From IMG/VR virus record IMGVR_UViG_3300009011_000002, positions 1 through 64,000 of that record: 64,000 nucleotides of DNA, one strand, 5' to 3'. Positions 19,314 to 29,068 of this stretch are shown piece after piece; within the stretch, counting starts at the first letter, position 1; each line of letters starts with the position of its first letter. The notes beneath the pieces are model-generated. The model was not told the origin of the DNA. It saw only the letters and a list, made by a program, of their open reading frames with translations, and made no database searches. The translations under genes and the position numbers were made by a program.

Positions 19314-19961
19314 TTAAATGTCGGAGAGGTAGTTGATGTAGCTGTCGATGTTGGCCTTGGCCGCGGAGTTGAAGTCTTCGACCAGGGTGGTCACGTCCAT
19401 CATCTTCTTCAGACGCGAACGACGGTTCCAGAACTTCGCGATCTGGGTGAGGATCGAGATGTACTTTTGGTAGTTCTGGATGTACACCGCCGGGTAGATC
19501 TTTTCCAGCCCCGGGATGAAGCGGAACGCCTGGTTGTCGGCGAACACCGGCAGGTTGTTGCGGATGTGCTCGAGCAGGGTGTCGGTCACGAGCTGGTACT
19601 GAGGATAGTCCAGCTGGAAGGTGTTGCCGATGGTCTCGATGAACGTGACCTGTTCCTGAACTTCCTGGTCCTTGTCACGGAACGCCGTGTGGCCGGTCAG
19701 GAACTTCATGTGGCGCTCGATACGGCTGATCATGATCGCAGTGACCACAGTACCGCCTTTGGTGGTGCTGCTGGTAAGCTCTTCGGCACCGACGACCAGT
19801 TGTTCTTCAGCTTCTTCAGCGAAGGTGGGTTCGGTAACGGTAGCAGCAACAGCTTGTGCAACGGGGGTCTTGGTAGCAGCCACAGGAGCAGCAGCTTCGG
19901 TCGACTTGGTCAGGTCTTCTACAACAGGACCTTCACCAGCAGCTTGTTCGGGAGTACTCAT
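19314..19961 (-). CDS. putative virion protein
   Basis: ATG 19961 (MSTPEQ) with AAGGG RBS, downstream of the 20017-20054 terminator; Ala/Glu/Thr-rich N-terminus ending VGAE. Confidence 0.65.
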   Translation of the reverse strand: MSTPEQAAGEGPVVEDLTKSTEAAAPVAATKTPVAQAVAATVTEPTFAEEAEEQLVVGAEELTSSTTKGGTVVTAIMISRIERHMKFLTGHTAFRDKDQEVQEQVTFIETIGNTFQLDYPQYQLVTDTLLEHIRNNLPVFADNQAFRFIPGLEKIYPAVYIQNYQKYISILTQIAKFWNRRSRLKKMMDVTTLVEDFNSAAKANIDSYINYLSDI

Positions 19962-20016
19962 CGGAAGGGCCCTTTCGATTGAGATATTAGAAATAGGTGT
20001 ATCCGTTAAACAGCAT

Positions 20017-20054
20017 AAAATACCCCCGGCAGCCGAAGCCACCGGGGGTATTTT
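20017..20054 (-). terminator. intrinsic terminator
   Basis: AAAATACCCCCGG/CCGGGGGTATTTT stem right after the stop at 20057. Confidence 0.75.
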
Positions 20055-20056
20055 AA

Positions 20057-20518
20057 CTAGAGCTTGACGTCCTTCAGGGTGTCTTTCAGACCCAGTGCTT
20101 TGATGATCTCGTCTTGGGCTTTCTGTATCGGGTCTTTATCCGTGGTAGGCTTCTCTGGGTTGTCCAGTTTGTAGCGAGTGCTCTCGCCTTCCACCAGACC
20201 GTCCAGTAAAGCATCTACCATGGCAACAGGCCACGTCATGTACTGTTCCAAGGTCATGACTTCTTTGATCTTGTTGAACCCGAACGTCTTCCCACTCGAC
20301 TCCCACGACCACGGGTGATAGAACTTGTGTTCACCCGGGGTGTAGGCAACCGAGGCATGGGGGCTTCGCTTTTGTCCGCTGTAGCCCATGTTGATTTGAT
20401 ACAACATGAGCTCGTTGAATACCAGCGACTCTGGCAAAACCCCTTCTAACGATTGACCCAAGAGGCGGCTGTTGATGGTGTGATAGAGATCACTGGTCCA
20501 CAACCGCCCCTTAACCAT
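20057..20518 (-). CDS. tail/baseplate assembly chaperone C-terminal part (GT/T4 gp51-like), probably made by -1 frameshift
   Basis: no SD before ATG 20518; frame is open back to the slippery site at 20599-20605; MTLEQYMTWP resembles gp51/GT-type motifs. Confidence 0.55.
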   Translation of the reverse strand: MVKGRLWTSDLYHTINSRLLGQSLEGVLPESLVFNELMLYQINMGYSGQKRSPHASVAYTPGEHKFYHPWSWESSGKTFGFNKIKEVMTLEQYMTWPVAMVDALLDGLVEGESTRYKLDNPEKPTTDKDPIQKAQDEIIKALGLKDTLKDVKL

Positions 20519-20523
20519 CGGCG

Positions 20524-22242
20524 TTAGTCGGAGAGGGCTCCTTGGAGTGCCTTCTGAGATACGACCGCCAGGTTCACAATCATCAATTGGGTGTGGATAA
20601 AAAAACTCATGATCGGATCGATCGGAGTGTAGCCCAATGGACGGTCGAGGAACTGTTCAGGGTCCTGGTGGTCAGCGCTGTTGCCACCGCACTTCGGACA
20701 CACGTAGTTCGCCACACCGGTGAAGGTACGGGACATGTACGGCGTCTTGTTCAGGATGAACTTGGTCAGGTTGGCGTTCATCGAGTCATGGTCGAGGACC
20801 ACGTCATAGATGCCCTTGTAGTAGTCCGCCAGGTCTTCCTCTTCCTCGCGAACATAGACGATATCTTCCTCGTCAGTGTTCGGTGGAGCCAGGTCAACAA
20901 ACTTCGACACCCAGTGGATGTACTCGGTCGCACCGATGTCGGCGTACGCCAAGCTGATTTGGGTGTCGTATTCGTCCGGGCTGGTGACCTTGGAACGAAT
21001 AGCACCCAGGCGCGGGTTCACCTGACTGATGAAGTAGTCGAAGCACTGGAAGGCCTGCGACAGGGTTGGGGCAGCGATTTCGAAGTACATGTTCTTCTCA
21101 TCGTTCCATACCCGGTCATCTTCCAGATTGAACTTCGACGCCAGGCTCAGCGCACGGGTTTCTTCCAGCGTCAGCTTGATCAGCTTGTTCTGGAGGTTAC
21201 CCAGGATGGCCAGCTCTTCGTCAGTGGTAACACCCGGGCGGTTCTGCGACAGCAGGGTCGGGTCCACCAACGAGAAGTTGTCCCAGTCGCACTGAGTGTT
21301 CAGGCAACGCAGGTTCATGTTGGTGCCACGATGGCTGGTGGCTTCGATCAGCGCCGTACAGATACGGTCGAAGTCGGTGATGGTGATGACTTCAGCCAAC
21401 TGGTTATAGTCGACAATGTCAGACACCGACGAACTGTTGATGTACTGCACCAGGAAGTCCCAGATGACCTTCATGGCAGCAACACGCGCCAGCACGGCGT
21501 TGTTGTTGTTGATGGAACGCACGTAACCAGTAACGGTACGGCGGATGTCGTTGACCAGGTTGCCCAGCAGGGTACGGTTTGGACGGGTGAAGTTCAGCTG
21601 CACGAACGAGTTGCGCAGCAACAGGTCGAACTGGAGGGTTTTACCTGCAGCCTTCGCCGAAGAACGACGCATGCCTTCCGACGTCTTGAAACCGCTACGC
21701 TTACGCGAAGGGGTTTGGGCGACGATGTCGGCGGTTACGAATTCACCACCACGGTTGTGGATGTTGGTGATACCCTTCTCGGTCATGACCTTGGAGCGCA
21801 CGCGCAGTTCGTCTTGCACTTCGCTCATGAAGACGTACAGTTCTTTGGCGTAGTTCGCCACGTCTTCTGCAGTCTTGCCAGGGAAGGTAGTGGTAACGTA
21901 TTCGTTCCACTTGTCTTTGGCCTGGGCCATGGCGGTGTCGGTCATTTGATCGGCTTCGAACAGTTCCACCACCGCACGGTAGCCCAGCCATTCCTTGATG
22001 ACCGCTTGCGCCGCCATCACATCTTTCTTGGAGTTGCCCAGGAAGATGCTGATGAAACCTTGTTCCTTCTCTTCCTCGGTCAGCTCACGAATGATCGGGC
22101 TGCGGGGAGGAAGGTAGTCCTTCAGCGGGGTGGTTTCCGCCGTTTGCTTGTCCTTGAAACCAGCACGGGTTTCAGGCTTTGCAGGAGCCTGTTCGGCAGG
22201 TTGTCCCTGTTCGGAACCCTGGTCCATTTCATGTTCGCTCAT
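20524..22242 (-). CDS. tail/baseplate hub assembly chaperone-like protein (T4 gp26-like C-terminus)
   Basis: 572 aa; CLNTQC and CPKCG Zn-ribbon pairs; C-terminal PIDPIMSFF. Confidence 0.5.
   Translation of the reverse strand: MSEHEMDQGSEQGQPAEQAPAKPETRAGFKDKQTAETTPLKDYLPPRSPIIRELTEEEKEQGFISIFLGNSKKDVMAAQAVIKEWLGYRAVVELFEADQMTDTAMAQAKDKWNEYVTTTFPGKTAEDVANYAKELYVFMSEVQDELRVRSKVMTEKGITNIHNRGGEFVTADIVAQTPSRKRSGFKTSEGMRRSSAKAAGKTLQFDLLLRNSFVQLNFTRPNRTLLGNLVNDIRRTVTGYVRSINNNNAVLARVAAMKVIWDFLVQYINSSSVSDIVDYNQLAEVITITDFDRICTALIEATSHRGTNMNLRCLNTQCDWDNFSLVDPTLLSQNRPGVTTDEELAILGNLQNKLIKLTLEETRALSLASKFNLEDDRVWNDEKNMYFEIAAPTLSQAFQCFDYFISQVNPRLGAIRSKVTSPDEYDTQISLAYADIGATEYIHWVSKFVDLAPPNTDEEDIVYVREEEEDLADYYKGIYDVVLDHDSMNANLTKFILNKTPYMSRTFTGVANYVCPKCGGNSADHQDPEQFLDRPLGYTPIDPIMSFFIHTQLMIVNLAVVSQKALQGALSD
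20599..20605 (-). promoter_or_regulatory. candidate -1 programmed ribosomal frameshift heptamer T TTT TTT
   Basis: AGT TTT TTT ATC in a gene that otherwise prefers TTC; -1 frame has no stop between the heptamer and ATG 20518. Confidence 0.7.
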
Positions 22243-22257
22243 TGCTTAGCGCCCTTA

Positions 22258-23049
22258 TTAGCAGGTAACTGGGTCGTGGATGTTTTTGGCCAGTTCGATG
22301 GCGACGTCAGCATCAACGTCATCTTCTTCTACCAACTCACCGCCCAGAGGCGCGGTCATGTCGGCGTGGACGGTCTGGCCGGTACGGTACTGGTCAGCCA
22401 CACGGTTCATACGGATTTCGTGCAGGCCGTAGCTGAACTGCACCATGGTCACGTCTTCCGGGGTGTGCTCTTTCACGAACGCGTCCACCAGCGGTTTGAT
22501 GCCGTTCATGGTGCCGCCGTAGATGCTCGGGATCTGCAGCTGCATCACTTCGGCCATCAGGTCGATGTAGTGCGTGAAGATCTCCATGTAGTCGTCTGGC
22601 TTCTTGCCGACTTCGATGAAGTCGTACATCGCATTGATGTCTTCGGTGATGCCGACGACAGCGCGGTCGTAACCGGCGAACTCGAGCAGCTGTTCAGTGG
22701 TCAGGGTGATCTTCTTCTCGGTGTGGAGACGATCAGCCACTTCGATCAGACCGTGGAAGTGGGCGAACACCGGGATGGTCTCGGTGATCATCTTCAGGAT
22801 GCCGACGTTGGTGAACTTACGACCGGACTTCTTGCCGCCTTTGCGTTGCGTGGCCAGGTCTTGGGCTACCGCCAAGATACCTTTGGTGGCGATCTCCAGC
22901 GACAGCTGCTGATCAGCTTGTGCACGGGCCTTACGCTGTGCAGCAAACTTAGTCTGTTCCGCCTGATGTTCTTTCGACTTACGGGCAGCGTCACGGGCTT
23001 TGGCTTTAGCCTGTTTGCGCTGTACTGCTTTCTGATTCTTACCGGACAT
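22258..23049 (-). CDS. hypothetical protein, basic N-terminus
   Basis: 263 aa, AAGGGA RBS, strong codon bias. Confidence 0.7.
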   Translation of the reverse strand: MSGKNQKAVQRKQAKAKARDAARKSKEHQAEQTKFAAQRKARAQADQQLSLEIATKGILAVAQDLATQRKGGKKSGRKFTNVGILKMITETIPVFAHFHGLIEVADRLHTEKKITLTTEQLLEFAGYDRAVVGITEDINAMYDFIEVGKKPDDYMEIFTHYIDLMAEVMQLQIPSIYGGTMNGIKPLVDAFVKEHTPEDVTMVQFSYGLHEIRMNRVADQYRTGQTVHADMTAPLGGELVEEDDVDADVAIELAKNIHDPVTC

Positions 23050-23088
23050 ATGCTATGATTCCCTTAACAGGTAGACGGGTAAGTCCCA

Positions 23089-24039
23089 ATGATTATCGAG
23101 ACTGATGAAGTTGTATTGATGGGAGAAAACGAAGATCTTGCAGCCAGCTTGGTTGGTGGGATCTGGCTTTCTTTCCGAGAATCCATTCCTGAGCCACAAG
23201 CTAGAATATTGATCGAGGGGTTTAATTTAATCATCCTCAGCGATCCGTCACAGGGCGATATGGACGAACTCGCTGATGATGATCGTCTTGCAGGTCGAGT
23301 AGATTCTCTGCTCCCTGGGATGCTCACCCAAATTCTGGTTGATGACGCCACGACCACCCCAATGAAGAAAATGGCGGTGTTCGAGCTCATAACTAACAAT
23401 ATAATCGAAACCCTCACCCGGATGGGTTTCACGCTCGACGACGACATCGTTAACCACGAGTACCTCCCCGAGCTGAATAAGATCCTGTCGTTCTTCTACG
23501 ACATGCAGCAATACGAAGACGTAGTCGGTATTGCGCACTTGTTGGAATCACAGGACATCCCTCAGGTAAACCGTTTCCTCTTGGCCATGTCCAAGTACCT
23601 TGGCGATAAGTTCCCGCTGGACAACTACGAGCTCATCCTGCTCGATGTGAGCGAGGTTACACTCAAGGCTATACGTGATGGCCTGGAGCTCCCAGACGAC
23701 TCTGAGGGGATCCCTGAGGCGGTCATACAGCGTATCCGTGCCAACGCTGAACTTATCGAGGGCACCAAAGGTTACGAGCACGTCATCATGAACGGTGGCG
23801 TGGGCGGTTCGGTTGACAGCTACATGGAGTTCTTCAAGAGCGACCTGGCTGAAGTCTTCCAACGTAACGACCCGGTGGCGTACGCCAAAGAGCTCGCAGC
23901 GATCTACCTGATCAGCGACCTCAACACACCGGTGATCAAGAAGGCGGTGTTGGAGTTCATCTACACCGTGGTTACCGACCATGCGGCCCTCTACAGTGTG
24001 GAGGCGTTTATGAACAGACTGGTACTCGACAATGACTAA
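23089..24039 (+). CDS. conserved hypothetical acidic protein preceding vRNAP beta'-C
   Basis: 316 aa, overlaps next gene by 8 nt. Confidence 0.7.
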   Translation: MIIETDEVVLMGENEDLAASLVGGIWLSFRESIPEPQARILIEGFNLIILSDPSQGDMDELADDDRLAGRVDSLLPGMLTQILVDDATTTPMKKMAVFELITNNIIETLTRMGFTLDDDIVNHEYLPELNKILSFFYDMQQYEDVVGIAHLLESQDIPQVNRFLLAMSKYLGDKFPLDNYELILLDVSEVTLKAIRDGLELPDDSEGIPEAVIQRIRANAELIEGTKGYEHVIMNGGVGGSVDSYMEFFKSDLAEVFQRNDPVAYAKELAAIYLISDLNTPVIKKAVLEFIYTVVTDHAALYSVEAFMNRLVLDND

Positions 24040-25339
24040 ACTTGAATACCTGAAACACTTCTTTAACGAGAAGGGTTACGGGTCCAAAGCAGCCATTCAG
24101 TCTATCATCTCGATTCAGATGGAAGACGAAGATTCCTCGGGGGCTTTTAAGAAGATCCCGTGGGCGATATTCGTGGAGGGGGGTAAGTACAACGTCCTAA
24201 TTGAAGGTGAACAACACACCGTCGATGGGGACGTGAAACTGCCGTTCTGCTACATGGACGACAAGTTCGACTTCCCATCTGACTTCCACGCGTGTCTAAA
24301 GGACAAAGCCATTACCTCGACCTTCGGGTTGATGCTGGCTAACGTGATCCTGTTGTGGGAACCCTTCAAGGAGAAGGTTGATTACGTCAACAAGTTCTTC
24401 AGCAAGGGTTTGATCCAGGGTACCCTTGACCGGTTGATGGTGGATGATCCAAAGGAAGGTGAAAGCGTTCCTGAAGGTAAGGCCTCGGTAAAGGATTGTT
24501 TGTTGTTCTCGAGCAACAGCCAGTTCCTGCACGGTCTGGGGACCTTCTCCATTAAACCGGGTGGTATCGACGCCATTACCGTCAGCCCTACGGTGCTTGC
24601 TTTGCGTGACAAGCTGTTTGCGCAACTCAAGGCTGAAGGCAAGATGAACGACTCGGTAGCCTTTACTGCGGCGGTGGAACAGGTGGTAGAACTGGACCGC
24701 CAAGAACAGATGAAGGGTCCGAGCAAGAACTTCTACATCGCCGACAAGTACATCAGCACAGCCCGTAAGCGTATGTTCATTGCCTTCGGTATTGAACAGA
24801 ACCCTACAGGCGACGGCTGGGTGGCGTTGCCGAACTCCCTGAACGAAGGTATTGATCCTGAACAGATCGTTACCTACGTCAACACCGCAGTGGGTGGTGC
24901 GTATAGCCGTTCCATGGCTACGGGTGAGGGCGGTTCGCAGGTGAAGGAGGTACTGCGTCTGATTGGTCGTTCGCGTGTGGAAGGCGAAGACTGCAAGTCG
25001 CCGGTGGGCGAAACCATCATCTTGAATGCGAAGATCGCCAAGAACTGGATCGGTAGCTTCTACATCGGTGCCAAAGGCGAACGCATCGAGATCACCAAAG
25101 AGAACTTTGTTAGCCTGATTGGTCTGCCGCTTAACATGCGTGTACCACAGCACTGCATCGTCAAGAACGGTAACTACTGCCGTACGTGCTTGGGCCTGGG
25201 TCTGGGGGCTTATGAGAACCGGTTGAGTGCCGAGGTAGTTCGTCTCCCTACCGAAGCAATGCTGACACGTATGAAGGCTCACCACCAAGCTGGTGCGTCA
25301 ACTCGTCGTCTGGACCTCAAGGTAGCTATCCGGCGATAA
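24032..25339 (+). CDS. virion RNA polymerase beta' C-terminal subunit (phiKZ gp80-like)
   Basis: bridge-helix-like GGAYSRSMATGEGGSQVKEVLR; Zn ligands EDC, RVPQHC, CRTCLG. Confidence 0.8.
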   Translation: MTKLEYLKHFFNEKGYGSKAAIQSIISIQMEDEDSSGAFKKIPWAIFVEGGKYNVLIEGEQHTVDGDVKLPFCYMDDKFDFPSDFHACLKDKAITSTFGLMLANVILLWEPFKEKVDYVNKFFSKGLIQGTLDRLMVDDPKEGESVPEGKASVKDCLLFSSNSQFLHGLGTFSIKPGGIDAITVSPTVLALRDKLFAQLKAEGKMNDSVAFTAAVEQVVELDRQEQMKGPSKNFYIADKYISTARKRMFIAFGIEQNPTGDGWVALPNSLNEGIDPEQIVTYVNTAVGGAYSRSMATGEGGSQVKEVLRLIGRSRVEGEDCKSPVGETIILNAKIAKNWIGSFYIGAKGERIEITKENFVSLIGLPLNMRVPQHCIVKNGNYCRTCLGLGLGAYENRLSAEVVRLPTEAMLTRMKAHHQAGASTRRLDLKVAIRR

Positions 25340-25361
25340 GGCAAAAAAAGAAAACCTCTAA

Positions 25362-25390
25362 CCTCTACCTCCCTTTTAGGGAGGTAGAGG
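25362..25390. terminator. intrinsic terminator
   Basis: CCTCTACCTCCC/GGGAGGTAGAGG stem with flanking A-run between convergent genes. Confidence 0.75.
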
Positions 25391-25402
25391 CCAAAGGCTC
25401 TA

Positions 25403-25912
25403 TTACGTCAGCAAGTCCAGCATACCGTCAGTCGGGATCATGGTTTCACGACCCGGTTGAGCAGTGAAGAACACCCGATCGGGGTAATGCTTGGCTGTGA
25501 ACACCATGTGTCGGGCGTATTGTGGTTGAGAAAGTGCATCCCGAATCACCGTCAAGTCCAGCAGCGAGTTTGCATACTGGATACATGCCATGGCCTCGTG
25601 GAGCTTGTTGCAGAGCACTTCGTGCTGCTCAGAGTTGAACTCATAGAGTTCCCCATCTTGCAGAACACCTTTCTCTTTGTCATGATCAGCCAAGATGTCC
25701 AAGAGATAGGTCACGGAGTTATCGAAGTAGCTGTCGGGATCGTCGCAGAGGTGAGAGGAATCGTCCATTACCCGCAAAGGTATGAGCTCTGGATTACTCA
25801 CCACATTGTAGATCGCCTCCAGCATTACGAAGGCCAGGAAGTTCTCGTCGATGTCGGAATACAGCTCTTCCTTCAAATCGGGATGAAGGAGAACCATAAA
25901 CGCGTCCATCAT
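25403..25912 (-). CDS. hypothetical acidic protein
   Basis: 169 aa, TGATG-coupled, GAGG RBS. Confidence 0.65.
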   Translation of the reverse strand: MMDAFMVLLHPDLKEELYSDIDENFLAFVMLEAIYNVVSNPELIPLRVMDDSSHLCDDPDSYFDNSVTYLLDILADHDKEKGVLQDGELYEFNSEQHEVLCNKLHEAMACIQYANSLLDLTVIRDALSQPQYARHMVFTAKHYPDRVFFTAQPGRETMIPTDGMLDLLT

Positions 25913-26298
25913 CAGCCCACCTCTACCTCAATGAGGATTCGGACACCACCCAGGCTGATGCTGTTGATCGAGAACGAACGACCACAGTACGGCTTCAGCA
26001 GGGCGATGGCGTCGGCGTAGCCCGGGGTGGTTTCCTCGAACTTCTTGAACGCCGCTTTGACTTCCTTCGCTTCCGAGTCGATGTACTTCTTGACTTCTTC
26101 AGCCGTCTGCAGCGCCGGCGGCACTTCGAGGTATTGCTGGATCATCGGCCCGACGTCGTCGAGGAAAGGTTCGTTGGTCATGATCGAACGAACACGACCC
26201 ACCACCAGCTGTTGCATGATGGTGTAGTGGCGGCAATTCTCGATCCCCGGGGTGGGGATGGTGTGAGAATTGATAACTGGGGTGGTTTGCGTGGTCAT
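25912..26298 (-). CDS. hypothetical protein
   Basis: 128 aa, AGGAG RBS, ATGA overlap. Confidence 0.7.
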   Translation of the reverse strand: MTTQTTPVINSHTIPTPGIENCRHYTIMQQLVVGRVRSIMTNEPFLDDVGPMIQQYLEVPPALQTAEEVKKYIDSEAKEVKAAFKKFEETTPGYADAIALLKPYCGRSFSINSISLGGVRILIEVEVG

Positions 26299-26756
26299 TG
26301 GATAGCTCCTGCGAAGCCGATAATGATGTGTTGTGAGGTTACGGAGATGACTCGGAGTTCATCAATGATGAGCACCTCCCCGTAATAGTTGTTGATTTCG
26401 TCGCGGTTCCGATCCAGCACTAACTGGAGGAACATCGCAACCTCGTGGCCGAAACGCACCAAGTGCCCTTCTGGATCCTTGATGAATTCCCGCCGTTCTT
26501 GAGGACTGTAGAAGTTCAGATGCGCAAAGGTAGCGTCCTCGTCTTCCTCTGCGTCGTACGCCTTCTCACGAAGGAGGTAGTAATAGTAACCGTCGTCGAT
26601 CGGAGTGTCCGTATCACCGAAGTCCAACAGGAAATCGGTCAGGGCATCAAGTGTAACTTCCTTGACCATCTCCGTGGCATTGATTAGCCCCGGACACTTC
26701 AGGATCAACGTCTTGTGGGCGTGTTCTTTATCTCGTGCCATGGTCGATCTCGTCAA
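26295..26756 (-). CDS. hypothetical acidic protein
   Basis: ~150 aa, co-directional with helicase; start may be the downstream ATG (MARDKE). Confidence 0.6.
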   Translation of the reverse strand: MTRSTMARDKEHAHKTLILKCPGLINATEMVKEVTLDALTDFLLDFGDTDTPIDDGYYYYLLREKAYDAEEDEDATFAHLNFYSPQERREFIKDPEGHLVRFGHEVAMFLQLVLDRNRDEINNYYGEVLIIDELRVISVTSQHIIIGFAGAIQ

Positions 26757-26770
26757 AAGCCTTTCGCCGA

Positions 26771-29068
26771 CTATGCGGCCAGCGAAAGGTTAGCGTCAAT
26801 GTTCTTCCACGAGTTCTGCTTAGGCGCGAATGCAATCTTGCGCTTCTTCTGGCAGTCGACGTGTTTATCAATATCAACACAAACAGGGAAACCAAACCGA
26901 GGCTTGATTCGGCCACCGAACTTCCCGCGTAGATCCCGCAAGCGTCCGATCATCTGTTTGTTCCTTTGAATGGAGAACACAGTGTGGAAACAAATGGTTG
27001 TGACCAGTCCCGGAATGTCCTTACCAGTCCCGCAACTCCCCGGAGTAGTGATGACAATTTCGTGTTGCAGGTACTTCTGGGGTTCCTTCTTATCCAGTGT
27101 ACCGAGGAACGTGTCAAAGTCCCACCCGGGGTAACGTAACAGGAACTTCTCCTTCATCACCTGGCACATCTTGATCAGGGAGAAGAAGAACAGACACTTC
27201 GTACCATCCTCACGTATGTCGAGGTAGAGATCTTTGAACATCTTGTCCGCGATCTCAAAGTAGAAGTCAGTCAATACCGGGGAATTCAGGATCGACTGTT
27301 CCACCGCCATGTCGTTGTAACTGCCAAACTGCTGCGTCTTGATGCGGAACTTCCGCAGGTCAATCTGGTACAGGTACGCAAAGATGTCGATGTAGTTTTC
27401 CGGGTCCGGTTCTTTCAGGCGCATGTGCACAGGCAACATGGTCTGATACATCCGGTTCATGAACGGGTCGTCGGCCGTTAACGTTGCAGACAACAGGAGG
27501 AACTTCTCCAAGTTGCCGTACATCATTGACAGCGAGACTTCGTGGAACGACTCATGGCCCTCGTCAAGGATTCGGTACCCAGGCTTGATTTGCTTGAATA
27601 TCGTGTCGAGGCACGGCGCATCCGGATCCGTACGGTTATCCCGTAGGTAACGCGCAATCCGTGTGGTTGGCAAGATGATGATCTTCGGACTGATTCGTCC
27701 AGACTCGATCGCTTCCCCAAGCAAGGGGAGTGACTGTTCCCAGACGACCACGTCACCGGGTTCAGTGTCAATCATCTTGTCAAGGTCGTTAATCCACGTC
27801 GTGATATACCGCGGCTGGATCGTAATGATCGTCCGCATACCCAACATCACCATCGTGAACAACGACATGTAGGTGTTGTGGGTTACCACGTAGTCCTGGA
27901 TAACGTACAGCCGACTCTCGTGAGCCACCGAGATACACAACGTCTTCGCTGGCACGCACTGCTCGATCTTGGCTACCATCAGCTTCAGATCGGGGAACTT
28001 CATCCCTACCAGCTCATTGACCTTCTCGTCGAGCGTAAACAATGACGCCGGATCTTTGTAGCGGATCGTGACGTAGTGGTTGTGTTTCTTGCCTTTGTAG
28101 CGTGCAATACCGCCGAGACTCCATACGAGTTGCTGCACAGTTCGTGCGGTTTTTTCGTAGGGGGTAAACAACACAATCGACCCATCTCGCTTCGGCTGAG
28201 CATTTCGATCAAGAAGCCCTTGGAGGAGAGCAAGCCGTTGAGCAGTAGAACCTTCAAGATACTTCTCCGTGAGGATACGATCCGTGTAACCGATCATGTA
28301 CGGATCAATGATGTCCATGCGATCGGCGTTCTGTTCACTCGTGACCAACGGGAGATAGAAGTCTTGCTTGTCCATCTCGTCGAAGATCTGCTGGGAATTG
28401 AGGATCTCTCCTTTACCCCGCACATCACGGTAAACTTCCCACAGGTGCTCAGGGCAAGTCACCGCCGTTCTGCCGTCTTCAAACGTTACCTTAAGGGTAG
28501 GAGTCACCCCTTGAGGATAAACGCCTGTAACGGCTGTGTAGGAGCCATCAATGGTGAGGACCTGATCCCCTACCTCGATGTCCTTCATTTCTTTCCAGCC
28601 ACCCGGTACTCTGACCGGTGTGGTTTCCAGCAGGGCCTTACCTTGACCCGTTGCTGCGTTGTTGACCTTGATCGGGCGTGGGTCCAACTGGTAGTTGATC
28701 CACTCCTTCTGGTCTTCTCGTGGGGTTTTATATTCCTCTTTGAGTTTGAACGTGACCCGCTCACCGCGGATCACTGGTTCGTCCTCAAGCTTGACGCGTG
28801 CTTCTTTGTACCCACAATGGACCGCAAAGGCGATCAGTTCATTGATTAAACTGGCCGGGATCCGGTACTCCGTCTTGTCGTGGTTAGACCGCGCAAAGAC
28901 GTGAGTGACTTTCCAGACTTGTTTGTTGCTGCCCGGAACAGGAACTTTGCCAAACTTGTACAGGTGTCGTTTGCAGAACGGGATAATCACCCGGTCCTTG
29001 AACTCTCCGTAATAGCCGAAGATGCGCAGGTAGTTATGCGCACGACTTATGGTTGCCACATGCCGCAT
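26771..29068 (-). CDS. SF2 (UvsW/RAD-like) helicase with class 3 intein (phiKZ gp75-like)
   Basis: Walker A ATGQGK|T split by intein, Walker B ILDEGH, motif III LSAT, GTGKDIP, QMIGRLR; ATG 29068 with GAGG RBS. Confidence 0.85.
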   Translation of the reverse strand: MRHVATISRAHNYLRIFGYYGEFKDRVIIPFCKRHLYKFGKVPVPGSNKQVWKVTHVFARSNHDKTEYRIPASLINELIAFAVHCGYKEARVKLEDEPVIRGERVTFKLKEEYKTPREDQKEWINYQLDPRPIKVNNAATGQGKALLETTPVRVPGGWKEMKDIEVGDQVLTIDGSYTAVTGVYPQGVTPTLKVTFEDGRTAVTCPEHLWEVYRDVRGKGEILNSQQIFDEMDKQDFYLPLVTSEQNADRMDIIDPYMIGYTDRILTEKYLEGSTAQRLALLQGLLDRNAQPKRDGSIVLFTPYEKTARTVQQLVWSLGGIARYKGKKHNHYVTIRYKDPASLFTLDEKVNELVGMKFPDLKLMVAKIEQCVPAKTLCISVAHESRLYVIQDYVVTHNTYMSLFTMVMLGMRTIITIQPRYITTWINDLDKMIDTEPGDVVVWEQSLPLLGEAIESGRISPKIIILPTTRIARYLRDNRTDPDAPCLDTIFKQIKPGYRILDEGHESFHEVSLSMMYGNLEKFLLLSATLTADDPFMNRMYQTMLPVHMRLKEPDPENYIDIFAYLYQIDLRKFRIKTQQFGSYNDMAVEQSILNSPVLTDFYFEIADKMFKDLYLDIREDGTKCLFFFSLIKMCQVMKEKFLLRYPGWDFDTFLGTLDKKEPQKYLQHEIVITTPGSCGTGKDIPGLVTTICFHTVFSIQRNKQMIGRLRDLRGKFGGRIKPRFGFPVCVDIDKHVDCQKKRKIAFAPKQNSWKNIDANLSLAA
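27875..28636 (-). mobile_element. class 3 intein (254 aa) with degenerate LAGLIDADG domain
   Basis: starts ALLETTPV, block B TCPEHLW, block F TLCISV, ends VVTHN/T; LQGLLDRNA. Confidence 0.9.

Noticed and set aside
20542-23058. 838-aa plus-strand ORF (also 3431-5605, 12934-14481, 33941-36610, 45175-47364, 1902-3182)
   Set aside because: Antisense shadows of codon-biased genes; no RBS or motifs, and V/D/H/Q-rich composition typical of reverse-complement frames
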